From IMG/VR virus record IMGVR_UViG_3300028393_000019, positions 186,001-250,000 of that record: a DNA stretch of 64,000 nt, one strand, 5' to 3'. The notes beneath the pieces are model-generated. The model did not search any database. It saw nothing but the letters and a program-made list of their open reading frames with translations, and was not told where the DNA came from. Shown here in pieces: positions 48,122 to 57,183 of this stretch. How positions within the stretch are numbered: the first letter of the stretch is position 1; each line of letters begins with the position of its first letter. The position numbers were made by a program, and so were the translations under genes.

Positions 48122-49527
48122 AATATCAATTGCATTTTTTCTACGACTACGTATTTCCTAACTACATCTTGCCAAATGCATTGATGCCAGAATACGCTAT
48201 CTTAAATTACTTTAACAGTCAATATTCAAACAAAGACAGAGAAAATTGTTTTACAGATCCAGGTGCCAGTGATGTAACACGATCTGTCTTTAATAAAAAA
48301 TTCGGTGATTGGCCAAACAGTATTAGACACAACGGCTCGCATCTTGATAGGGGAGTATACTCTAATAAGGTACAAATAATTGAAAACTCTTTGTACCTTG
48401 GCAAGCATCAGGTCAATCGATATATCTACCCTATAAAACTAGGGCCGCATCTGCATGAATTTGTAGGAGTTAATTTAAGGCCAGGCAACAAACTAAATGG
48501 CGAATACTTTTGGAAACACATGAGTGAAGAAGCCTTACAAGATGCACAATCAAGAAGAGCTATCATATTCATAGATTATGGACAAGAGAACTTTATAGAA
48601 AAAGAAACTTATATAAATTTACATGAAGTTCTTAGATACAGCGGAATACCTAAGGAACAAGTTATCCTAGCGTTTAACACGTTCAATGGTCGAGAAGTAT
48701 ACGAATCATGGTTTAGACCCGACGAACGTAGACTAGAAGTACACAACTGGTGCTATGTAATGAGCGAAGCATCTATGTTTTACTTTGAGAACCCTAGCTT
48801 CCGTCTGAGCGTTGAGCAATTTAGAAACAGCAGATATTTTAAAAGACCAAATCATTTCTTATTTAAAATTAGAAACTCTCGAAATCATAGACTGGCTCTG
48901 CTGTATAAGATGGCCACAGATGGATTATTAAGTCAGGGAGATTGGTCTTGCTTGACTAAACTACAAGTTAATGATCGTATGCTAGATTATTATAGGAATC
49001 TTTATCAGTTTGACATAAACACTGACACAGTAAAAGAGCTATGCAATTCAACGCCGCATGTCCTACAAAGTGAAAGAGACAATCGTCATGAGCTAGTAAG
49101 CGCATGGACTGACAAAGATGCCAAGCCACATGCTGACAGTTATTTCTATATCTGCACAGAAACTTTTGTACACGGAGAGCACAAGTCACTTACTGAAAAA
49201 GTGTTTAAGCCAATTGCAAATTTCCAACCGTTTTTATTTGTAGCATATCCAGGCGCATTAGCTTTGTTAAGAAGTTTGGGATTCAAAACCTTTAGTCCGT
49301 TTATAGACGAAAGCTACGATATTGAATCTGACGAAGGTCGTCGTGTACATATGATCTATAAAGAAATTGCCAGACTATGTGCTATGACTCAAGACCAACT
49401 GCATGATTGGTATTGGCAGATGGAGTCTATATTAGAACACAATCATAATCTGTTGTTGACACTACACAAGAACGATCCTAGCAGTATTGAATTAATAAAA
49501 TATCTGCACCAACGAACCAACGAATAA
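48118..49527 (+). CDS. Putative glycosyltransferase (GT10/GT-B-like C-terminal motif)
   Basis: TET...LTEKVFKPIANFQPF...GFKTFSPFIDESYD. Confidence 0.5.
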   Translation: MKYQLHFFYDYVFPNYILPNALMPEYAILNYFNSQYSNKDRENCFTDPGASDVTRSVFNKKFGDWPNSIRHNGSHLDRGVYSNKVQIIENSLYLGKHQVNRYIYPIKLGPHLHEFVGVNLRPGNKLNGEYFWKHMSEEALQDAQSRRAIIFIDYGQENFIEKETYINLHEVLRYSGIPKEQVILAFNTFNGREVYESWFRPDERRLEVHNWCYVMSEASMFYFENPSFRLSVEQFRNSRYFKRPNHFLFKIRNSRNHRLALLYKMATDGLLSQGDWSCLTKLQVNDRMLDYYRNLYQFDINTDTVKELCNSTPHVLQSERDNRHELVSAWTDKDAKPHADSYFYICTETFVHGEHKSLTEKVFKPIANFQPFLFVAYPGALALLRSLGFKTFSPFIDESYDIESDEGRRVHMIYKEIARLCAMTQDQLHDWYWQMESILEHNHNLLLTLHKNDPSSIELIKYLHQRTNE

Positions 49528-49530
49528 ATA
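49525..49530 (+). promoter_or_regulatory. Late-type promoter motif TAAATA
   Basis: 5 nt before ATG 49536; includes the upstream TAA stop. Confidence 0.55.
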
Positions 49531-49535
49531 TTTCC

Positions 49536-50081
49536 ATGAATTACAAAGACAGTAACTGGCAAACAGTAGACACAGCATATCTAAATACCTTTGGTAAAGA
49601 AGTCCCTGTGTACTCGCCTGCTGTTTATAGAGAGTACAGGGGAGAGATATTTACTACCTATCATTCTACTGCGCACCCTGTTAACCAAATATTACCAAAC
49701 GATGTGCAAGTTCATACTAGATTTTCAAAATCATATCAAGGTGTACTGCGTGGACTACACTATGATGACAAAACTTGGAAGCTGGTTCAAGCTCTAGTCG
49801 GCGATATCTATCTAGTAGTGCTTGATGTAAGACAAGACAGCGATACATTTGGCAAATGGGAATCTTACATCATAAGTGAAAAGACCAGAGACCAAGTACT
49901 GGTACCCCCGGGATTTGCTAACGGGCACTATGCACTGACAGATTGCATTTTTCACTACAGCCTATTTTATCAAGGCGACTATGTTAATGAAAATAATCAG
50001 GGTGTAATAAAATGGAATGACCCGGCTTACAATATAGAATGGCCTACTAAAGATCCTATAATACAAGGGCGTGACAAATGA
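49536..50081 (+). CDS. rmlC: NDP-4-keto-6-deoxyhexose 3,5-epimerase (RmlC family)
   Basis: GVLRGLHY, KLVQALVG.IY.V.LDVR.DS.TFGKW, VPPGFANGH. Confidence 0.9.
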   Translation: MNYKDSNWQTVDTAYLNTFGKEVPVYSPAVYREYRGEIFTTYHSTAHPVNQILPNDVQVHTRFSKSYQGVLRGLHYDDKTWKLVQALVGDIYLVVLDVRQDSDTFGKWESYIISEKTRDQVLVPPGFANGHYALTDCIFHYSLFYQGDYVNENNQGVIKWNDPAYNIEWPTKDPIIQGRDK

Positions 50082-50707
50082 TAACTAATTTAGACCAGTA
50101 TCCCGTCGTGCGAGATATCGATCATACACCAGATAGTTTGATCAAGTTTGAAGATTCGATCATAGCTCTATGGGAAGGTGCTCGAGTTCGAGGACCTATA
50201 CACTTGTCAAACGGCAATGAACACAGTTTGATCGAAATATTTAAACGTGTTAATACAACTGATTGGGTGTTCAGTACCTGGCGCAGTCATTATCATGCAC
50301 TGCTTAAAGGCCTAGATCCTCAATGGATAACTGCAGAAATTCTCAAAGGAAAGTCAATTAGTATTTGCAATGTTGATGAAAAATTTTACAGCAGTGCCAT
50401 AGTTGGCGGAACACTGCCCGTTGCACTGGGTGTTGCTCAGCAAATCAAACGTGCAGGTTCTACAGATAAAGTATGGTGCTTTATTGGTGACATGAGTTTT
50501 GAAAGCGGTATATTCTACGAGATACACAAGTATGCTAGAAACTTTGATTTACCATTATACTTTGTAGTGGAAGACAATGCAGTATCAACATATACTCCAA
50601 CAGATACCACATGGAATGGTAAACGTAGCGTACCCCATGATGTAGTACACTACCATTACAAATCTAAGTATCCGCATTACGGCACAGGCAAATGGATAGT
50701 ATTCTAA
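50078..50707 (+). CDS. TPP-dependent dehydrogenase E1 alpha-like subunit (short)
   Basis: HLSNGNE, STWRSHYHAL, SAIVGG, GD...EDN TPP motif. Confidence 0.85.
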   Translation: MITNLDQYPVVRDIDHTPDSLIKFEDSIIALWEGARVRGPIHLSNGNEHSLIEIFKRVNTTDWVFSTWRSHYHALLKGLDPQWITAEILKGKSISICNVDEKFYSSAIVGGTLPVALGVAQQIKRAGSTDKVWCFIGDMSFESGIFYEIHKYARNFDLPLYFVVEDNAVSTYTPTDTTWNGKRSVPHDVVHYHYKSKYPHYGTGKWIVF

Positions 50708-52050
50708 AAATAGTTTATGACAATTGGTATCAATCTGTACCGCTGTCCAACGGACTTCATCCCATACTGGCCAATCATATCAAAAGTTCTATACCAAGTA
50801 TCGATTCTGTAGAAAGTACAGCTACTAGTCTAATGAATAGTGACATGTTCCCATTCAGGTGGCATAACAACTTTTTTAAATATTTTAAAAATCATGCTAT
50901 GGTTGATCCGGATCAAATTGTGGACGATGCTGATATCTACATCTACCCGATTGAAATACGCACTTCACTAAATTCACTATTTCAAGATCACTCATTTAAC
51001 ATAGGAGGAAATAGTTGTACTTACAATATCAGCGATACCATCTCCCCCAAAGTGTTAAACCATCTGCGATCTGGCAAAGTAAAACTGGTTATAAATTACA
51101 TTCATGATCCTGTCTCCAACGAAGAAGACCTACTGAAGTTTGATTCATTATTGCAATCAATAGGTATTAACGGCAAGAATGTAATAGTAGTTGCGGGAAA
51201 CGAATTCGCTGTGTCTGGTTGTAGTATAAGAGTAGTTGGTGGACCTTTGTTATTTCCTAGAGAAGATGCTGAAAGAATAACATCAAGGCCTCGACCAGGT
51301 CGACTTGGCTACATGAACGATTTTGTCAAACAGCATGAGTTGAATCCTGATAAAATACGCCCTCACAAATTCATGTGCTTCAATAGACAATTAAGTAATC
51401 GCGCACACAGAATATCACTGGCATACCTAGCATTGAAATACAATCTGCTAGATCATAATGTGTTCAGTTTCCTTGAACAGATAACTGAGCGACAGGTGCT
51501 GGACAGTTCCAGGGCGTGGAGTACCTATTACAAAGATGTAGACCTGTCAGAAATGGCTAGACAAATTGTAAAGATACTGCCTTGGGAAGTTGACACGCAT
51601 CTTTTGAGTCAGTCTGAAAAAACTAACTTTTCAACACACAACAACAAAAAAGAACTTTATCTCAACACTTATATTCATATTGTATCTGAAACAAGATTTC
51701 ACGATGGTGATAGTCCCTTTATGTCGGAAAAGACATATAGGCCTATAGCAAACTTTCAACCGTTTTTATATGTAGGTAATTATAATTCTTTGAAAGACCT
51801 GCATGAATTAGGGTTTAGAACATTTCATCCTTATATTAACGAGGAATACGATCTTGAACAAGATCCCGAATTGCGCATGGCGCTGATAGAACACGAATTA
51901 AAAAAATTAAATGATTTAACACTTGAACAAATTCACGAATTGTATTTTAGTGTAAAAGATATATTGATCCATAATCGAAACCATCTGACTACATTTATCA
52001 ATGCACAACCTTACCAAAATTTAATAAGAGACCTTCAACATGGAATTTAA
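50692..52050 (+). CDS. Putative glycosyltransferase, paralog of 48118
   Basis: SET...MSEKTYRPIANFQPF...GFRTFHPYINEEYD. Confidence 0.5.
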   Translation: MDSILKIVYDNWYQSVPLSNGLHPILANHIKSSIPSIDSVESTATSLMNSDMFPFRWHNNFFKYFKNHAMVDPDQIVDDADIYIYPIEIRTSLNSLFQDHSFNIGGNSCTYNISDTISPKVLNHLRSGKVKLVINYIHDPVSNEEDLLKFDSLLQSIGINGKNVIVVAGNEFAVSGCSIRVVGGPLLFPREDAERITSRPRPGRLGYMNDFVKQHELNPDKIRPHKFMCFNRQLSNRAHRISLAYLALKYNLLDHNVFSFLEQITERQVLDSSRAWSTYYKDVDLSEMARQIVKILPWEVDTHLLSQSEKTNFSTHNNKKELYLNTYIHIVSETRFHDGDSPFMSEKTYRPIANFQPFLYVGNYNSLKDLHELGFRTFHPYINEEYDLEQDPELRMALIEHELKKLNDLTLEQIHELYFSVKDILIHNRNHLTTFINAQPYQNLIRDLQHGI

Positions 52051-53023
52051 AAATAAAAATATAGTCGTTACAGGTGCCAACGGACTAGTGGGATTACCTG
52101 CGGTTCGCAAGTGCTTAGAAGAAGGTGCTCATGCAGTTTATGCAGTGGACATTAATATAGGAGAAGGATTGATTTCCTTAAGAGAACAATACTCTAATCT
52201 AATACTGGTAATGAAAGACCTAACATATTTGGACAACTGCGAGTCACTGTTTGAAGAACAACCGATTGATATTGTACTGCATATTGCAGGAATAAAAGGA
52301 TCGCCAGCACGTAGTAGCAAACAACCTGCAGACTACTTGTTTCCTATGTTGATGTTCAATACCAACATGATCAAGGCCGCATTTGATGCCAAGGTCGGTT
52401 GGTTTGTTTATCTTTCAAGTGTAGGTGTTTACCAACCTACAGAGATCATGCGTGAAGAAGATGTATGGGTCACTGTGCCCAGTAAGAATGATTGGTATCC
52501 GGGGTGGACCAAACGTATGGGTGAAGCTACATTAGAAAGCCTACAAGTACAGTATGGATGGGACAACTGGACTGTGATACGTCCCAGCAACATCTACGGA
52601 CTCAATGACAACTTTGCACAAGACGCTACTGTGATCAGTAGCAACGTCTGGAAGTTGTACAACGTTGAGGGCAAAGATATAGTGTGTTGGGGTAACGGCA
52701 GTGCAAGGCGTGACTTTGTGTTCGGCGATGATGTTGCACAGGCTAGTGTTGATGTGGTCAAGAAAGAAGTAAAAGATATTATCAACTTTGGTTGTGCAGA
52801 AGCCATCACTATCAAAGAAACCATTGAGACTATAGTTGACTGCTATAAAGAAATATCAGGTGAAACTAAGAACATTGTCTGGGACGAAACAAAAATGAAT
52901 GGAGATCCTGTTCGTTGTCTAAGTCCAGATCGTCAAAAGAAATACGGTATACTTCCGCAAACAACCTTGCGTGATGGTATCAAGCAGACCATCCTAGCAT
53001 ACAAACAAAGGTTAGGCCAATGA
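52040..53023 (+). CDS. Extended SDR, GDP-fucose synthase (Fcl)-like epimerase/reductase
   Basis: VTGANGLVG, RPSNIYGLNDNF, WGNGSARRDF. Confidence 0.85.
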   Translation: MEFKNKNIVVTGANGLVGLPAVRKCLEEGAHAVYAVDINIGEGLISLREQYSNLILVMKDLTYLDNCESLFEEQPIDIVLHIAGIKGSPARSSKQPADYLFPMLMFNTNMIKAAFDAKVGWFVYLSSVGVYQPTEIMREEDVWVTVPSKNDWYPGWTKRMGEATLESLQVQYGWDNWTVIRPSNIYGLNDNFAQDATVISSNVWKLYNVEGKDIVCWGNGSARRDFVFGDDVAQASVDVVKKEVKDIINFGCAEAITIKETIETIVDCYKEISGETKNIVWDETKMNGDPVRCLSPDRQKKYGILPQTTLRDGIKQTILAYKQRLGQ

Positions 53024-54012
53024 AAACTACAGATAAGATTTTGGTAACAGGGGCAAGCGGATTCATTGGCTCCAATGTGCTTCGAGTGCTGTATCAACAA
53101 GGGTTCACTAATCTACGTGCTAGCACACTACAGAGAGGCTTACGGAATGACTTTAACGGATCGGAAACTATCGAACTAGTTAAGGGTGATCTGCGTGATG
53201 CAGACTTTGCTAAATTTGTGTCGCAAGACATTGATGTGGTAATACACTGCGCGGCTAACACTAGTAATGCACTGGATACTAAGTTCAATCCGTTATTACA
53301 TGTTACTCCCAATGTTGAGATGAATAACAACATAATGGAACAAAGCTGGAAGAACAAGGTGCGTAAATTTATCTTTATCAGCACAGCAAACGTCAATGGC
53401 GACCTTGGTTCAGTGTATGCTGTAGAAGACGCCAACTTTATGAACTTGCCGCTAGTACCTGTGTACAAAGCAGTGGGTGCTATGAAACGCTTTGGCGAGA
53501 TGATGTGCGACTTCTTTAGTAATCAAATACATGATCCAATGCAGTGCGTCATTATTCGTCCAAGCAACGCATTTGGGCCCAATGACAAGTATGACTTTGA
53601 GAAATGCCATGTTACACCTGCAAACATTCGCAAAGTGGCGGACAGGCTGAATCCAATTCCTGTTTGGGGTGATGGTACAGAAATACGTGATGTGCTACAC
53701 GCAGACGACATGGCCGGAGGCATTGTGTATGTTGCAGAGCATGTGGACACCTATGATATCTACAATGTGTGCTACGGTCAAGGCTACAGCGTTAACCAAT
53801 TACTTGAGTGGATGAAAGAAGCCGACGGCAATACTAACCCAATTGAGTACGTTAACAATCGAGCACCTATGATTCCAGTTCGTCTAGTATCTAGTGAAAA
53901 GATTAATGCGCTAGGCTGGAAACCAAAGCGTGAGATTAAACAAGCACTAAAGGATACTATCGAATGGTATCGTGCGCACAAAGAACAATTTGATCCAAAT
54001 AGCAAGCCATGA
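53020..54012 (+). CDS. Extended SDR, Fcl-like epimerase/reductase
   Basis: VTGASGFIG, RPSNAFGPNDKY, WGDGTEIRD. Confidence 0.85.
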   Translation: MKTTDKILVTGASGFIGSNVLRVLYQQGFTNLRASTLQRGLRNDFNGSETIELVKGDLRDADFAKFVSQDIDVVIHCAANTSNALDTKFNPLLHVTPNVEMNNNIMEQSWKNKVRKFIFISTANVNGDLGSVYAVEDANFMNLPLVPVYKAVGAMKRFGEMMCDFFSNQIHDPMQCVIIRPSNAFGPNDKYDFEKCHVTPANIRKVADRLNPIPVWGDGTEIRDVLHADDMAGGIVYVAEHVDTYDIYNVCYGQGYSVNQLLEWMKEADGNTNPIEYVNNRAPMIPVRLVSSEKINALGWKPKREIKQALKDTIEWYRAHKEQFDPNSKP

Positions 54013-54947
54013 AGCGAGTACTAATCACAGGCGGTGCTGGCTACCTAGGCTCTACACTAGCTGAACATTTACTAACACAGGGCTACAGTGTAACTGTATT
54101 TGATAACTTGTTGTACAAACAGTTATCCTTGTTGCATCTATTTAACAGACAGGGCTTTAAATTTGTCTTAGGTGATGTTAGAGATACTAGACAACTACAG
54201 GCATTGGTTAAAGAACATGATATCATTATTCCCCTAGCCGCAATCGTGGGAATGCCTGCTTGCCGAGCCAATCCCGAACTGGCCAGAGATGTAAACTACA
54301 AGCATATAAGATACATAGTGGAAGTACTGGCCAGTGATCAAAAGCTGATCATTCCCAACACCAACAGCCAATACGGATCAAGTGACGAAATCATTACCGA
54401 AGATAGTCCATTCAAACCTTTGAGTTTATATGCCGAAACCAAATGCGATGCAGAAGATGCTGTGCTGTATCATGGCAACGGTGTTGCACTAAGACTGGCC
54501 ACAGTGTTTGGTGTCAGTCCACGTATGCGTCAAGACTTGCTGGTAAATGACTTTGTTTATAAAGCAGTTACTGATGGATACTTGGTATTGTTTGAAGCGC
54601 ACTTTAAACGCAATTACATTCATGTACAGGACATTGCCCAAACGTTTCAGTTTATAATTGAAAACTACGACCAGTGTCGAGGGCAGGCTTATAATGTAGG
54701 ATTGTCTACTGCTAACCTAAGCAAGCTGGAACTTGCAGAGTGCATTAAAAAGTATGTGCCTAAACTGGCAATCAAGCAGGACGAGTTTGCCAAAGACTTT
54801 GATCAGCGCAATTACATAGTGAGCAATGCCAAATTGGAAGCATTAGGATGGAATCCCACTTTTAGTTTAGACTACGGCATTGAACAACTAATTACAGCAT
54901 ATCAGATGACAATAGTCCACAACAACCGGAACTTTACAAACCTATGA
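54009..54947 (+). CDS. NAD-dependent epimerase/dehydratase
   Basis: ITGGAGYLG, PLAAIVG, YAETK, RLATVFGVSPRMR. Confidence 0.9.
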   Translation: MKRVLITGGAGYLGSTLAEHLLTQGYSVTVFDNLLYKQLSLLHLFNRQGFKFVLGDVRDTRQLQALVKEHDIIIPLAAIVGMPACRANPELARDVNYKHIRYIVEVLASDQKLIIPNTNSQYGSSDEIITEDSPFKPLSLYAETKCDAEDAVLYHGNGVALRLATVFGVSPRMRQDLLVNDFVYKAVTDGYLVLFEAHFKRNYIHVQDIAQTFQFIIENYDQCRGQAYNVGLSTANLSKLELAECIKKYVPKLAIKQDEFAKDFDQRNYIVSNAKLEALGWNPTFSLDYGIEQLITAYQMTIVHNNRNFTNL

Positions 54948-55390
54948 CCGAACGCAGATACCTACAGACATTTAGCGAGCTGATCGATAGATTGAGCATC
55001 GTACAGCTTAAAGAAGTATTCATTACAGATTACAAAAAAGAGTACGGTGAAGAGATCGCCGATATCGTGCATGACATACAGTTGATTATGGACCAGCATC
55101 CGGATGCCAAAGTGGATGCAGAAACTATTCGAGCCATTGTGGTGTTGGCTCAAATGAACTTGCATATTTGGCACAACGAATCAAACTACCGCAGAGGAAT
55201 CAAAGACGGCAACAATTTGGAATTGACACACGGCTTGAACGGAATCCGCAACACTAGCAAAAATATCATTCAAGAAGTTGTGGGCGGACGCAAAGACTAC
55301 AAAGTTGATTGTTTGGCTGCAGACTTCCAGGGTTGGGAAATCAGCTGGAACAAAGATGTTTCACAAGACAACAAGCCATCAGTGCCATGA
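54944..55390 (+). CDS. Helical hypothetical protein
   Basis: LIDRLSIVQLKE; coupled within the sugar operon. Confidence 0.55.
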   Translation: MTERRYLQTFSELIDRLSIVQLKEVFITDYKKEYGEEIADIVHDIQLIMDQHPDAKVDAETIRAIVVLAQMNLHIWHNESNYRRGIKDGNNLELTHGLNGIRNTSKNIIQEVVGGRKDYKVDCLAADFQGWEISWNKDVSQDNKPSVP

Positions 55391-55926
55391 CCAAACCACA
55401 AACATCAATTTACAAAGACGCTTTGACTGAAGCTATGACCTATTTGGGTGAGCAAATCGATACTGTATTCATTGGACAGCAGATTGTGTATCCGGGTAAC
55501 CCGATGAGTACTACTTTAGTAAACGTAGCCAAAGACAAGATGATCGAAGTTCCAGTAATGGAAGAAACACAAATGGGCATGAGTTTGGGCATGAGTATGA
55601 TGGGCCAAACTGTGATCAGCTTTTATCCTCGCTGGAACTTTTTGATCTGCGCGGCTAATCAATTGATCAATCATGTGGACAAGTACGAGGAAATGACTGG
55701 CAAACAAGCCAATATAATCATTCGAGTGGCCAAAGGTGCAGACGAGCCGTTGGATCCGGGTCCACAGCACAAAGCCAATTTCATTGCAGAGTTTACCAGC
55801 ATGTGTCCAAATACTCGATTTTACGATCTAAAATCTGCAGATAGCATTTTGGACACTTATAAAAATGCTTACAAAACGGGCGGAATCCACATTGTGGCAG
55901 AATACCCACAGTTATATATTGCTTGA
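55387..55926 (+). CDS. TPP enzyme E1 beta/transketolase pyrimidine-binding domain (no C-terminal domain)
   Basis: FIGQQI, PVMEETQMGMSLGMS, QLINH, GPQH; start moved to 55387. Confidence 0.8.
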   Translation: MTKPQTSIYKDALTEAMTYLGEQIDTVFIGQQIVYPGNPMSTTLVNVAKDKMIEVPVMEETQMGMSLGMSMMGQTVISFYPRWNFLICAANQLINHVDKYEEMTGKQANIIIRVAKGADEPLDPGPQHKANFIAEFTSMCPNTRFYDLKSADSILDTYKNAYKTGGIHIVAEYPQLYIA

Positions 55927-55951
55927 CATAGCATCAATTTGGTGCTATAAT
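55923..55951 (+). promoter_or_regulatory. Consensus sigma70 promoter with extended -10
   Basis: TTGACA-17 nt-TATAAT, with TGn before the -10 box. Confidence 0.85.
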
Positions 55952-55983
55952 ATAAGTATTGTTTAACTAGTTAGGAGCATGAA

Positions 55984-57183
55984 TTGGCTAAAGTCGCTAC
56001 AAAACCCCGTGTTACAAAAAAGCAGGTAATTGCACATCGTACACGAGCTGTAAAAGATCACAGCCCAGTTTGGGAAGGTTGTGAGTCTTGGGACGCAGAT
56101 ACATTCCACCGCTTCTTTAAGAAGGCAATGGACTACTACCGCTTAGAAAGCGATATCAAAACTTACAAGCCCGCTGTGATTCGTTGGATGGAATCAGTTG
56201 GCTGTACTAAAGCAGACATTACAGCGTTTAAGAAAGTCAAAGATTCGCGTATTGGTACCACAATGGGTGCTGTGGCTTGCTGTTTGAATCGCGGAATGAC
56301 AGCTAATCGTGCAGACTTCAATCAAGGTCGTGACACTGCCGCTTGGTTGCGATCAGAGATTGTCAAAGTTATTGCGGCAGGCAAGCATGACGTTGATCCA
56401 GAAGAAACAAAATTGCTGGAAGCAAGCAAACCTGTAGTGATTCAACCCACTATCCAAGAGCGTGTGCGTGAAACTGCCATGAAGATGACAGAAGAAATTG
56501 AAGACGCAATTGAAGGCTTCCAAACTGACCCAGACACATTTGATCCAAAAGCATTCAAGATGCTGAACTTGCTCAAAGGCAAAGAAGTCAAAGCCGCACA
56601 TGCTAGAATCATCAAAACGTTTTATGCTCGAGATTTAGCAGAACTTGAAGAACTTGCAAGCGGTAGCAAAGATGAGCAGTTGATCGAAGGCTACAGTCAT
56701 CGTACTAAGAAGCAGATTCGTAATTTGATTGCGTTTTATCAAGAGATCATGAGTGCGTGTGACATGCTAGCGCAAGAAGCTAAAGTTAATCGTGCGCCAC
56801 GTGCTAAGAAAGCACAACCTAAAGAAAAGGTTGTGGCCAAGTTGAAGTATAAGAAGAGTGACGAGCCCATGAAGCTAGTGTCTATCAATCCTGTAGACAT
56901 CATTGGTGCTAAGGAACTTTGGATCTACAATACCAAGACTCGTAAGTTAGGCAAGTACGTGGCTAACGAGTACATGGAACTTGGAGTCAAGGGTACTACT
57001 ATTACAGGCTTCAACGAAAATACTAGCGTTTGCAAAACACTACGCAAGCCCGAAGACAAGCTAAAAGAGTTCAAAGCCGCTGGTAAGGTACAACTACGCA
57101 AGTTCTTAGAAGACATTAATGCTACAGACACTAAGATGAATGGACGCATTAACGAAGAAACTATCCTAGTTAAAGTAGCTTAA
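55984..57183 (+). CDS. Basic hypothetical protein
   Basis: 399-aa ORF, TTG start after AGGAG SD. Confidence 0.7.
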   Translation: MAKVATKPRVTKKQVIAHRTRAVKDHSPVWEGCESWDADTFHRFFKKAMDYYRLESDIKTYKPAVIRWMESVGCTKADITAFKKVKDSRIGTTMGAVACCLNRGMTANRADFNQGRDTAAWLRSEIVKVIAAGKHDVDPEETKLLEASKPVVIQPTIQERVRETAMKMTEEIEDAIEGFQTDPDTFDPKAFKMLNLLKGKEVKAAHARIIKTFYARDLAELEELASGSKDEQLIEGYSHRTKKQIRNLIAFYQEIMSACDMLAQEAKVNRAPRAKKAQPKEKVVAKLKYKKSDEPMKLVSINPVDIIGAKELWIYNTKTRKLGKYVANEYMELGVKGTTITGFNENTSVCKTLRKPEDKLKEFKAAGKVQLRKFLEDINATDTKMNGRINEETILVKVA

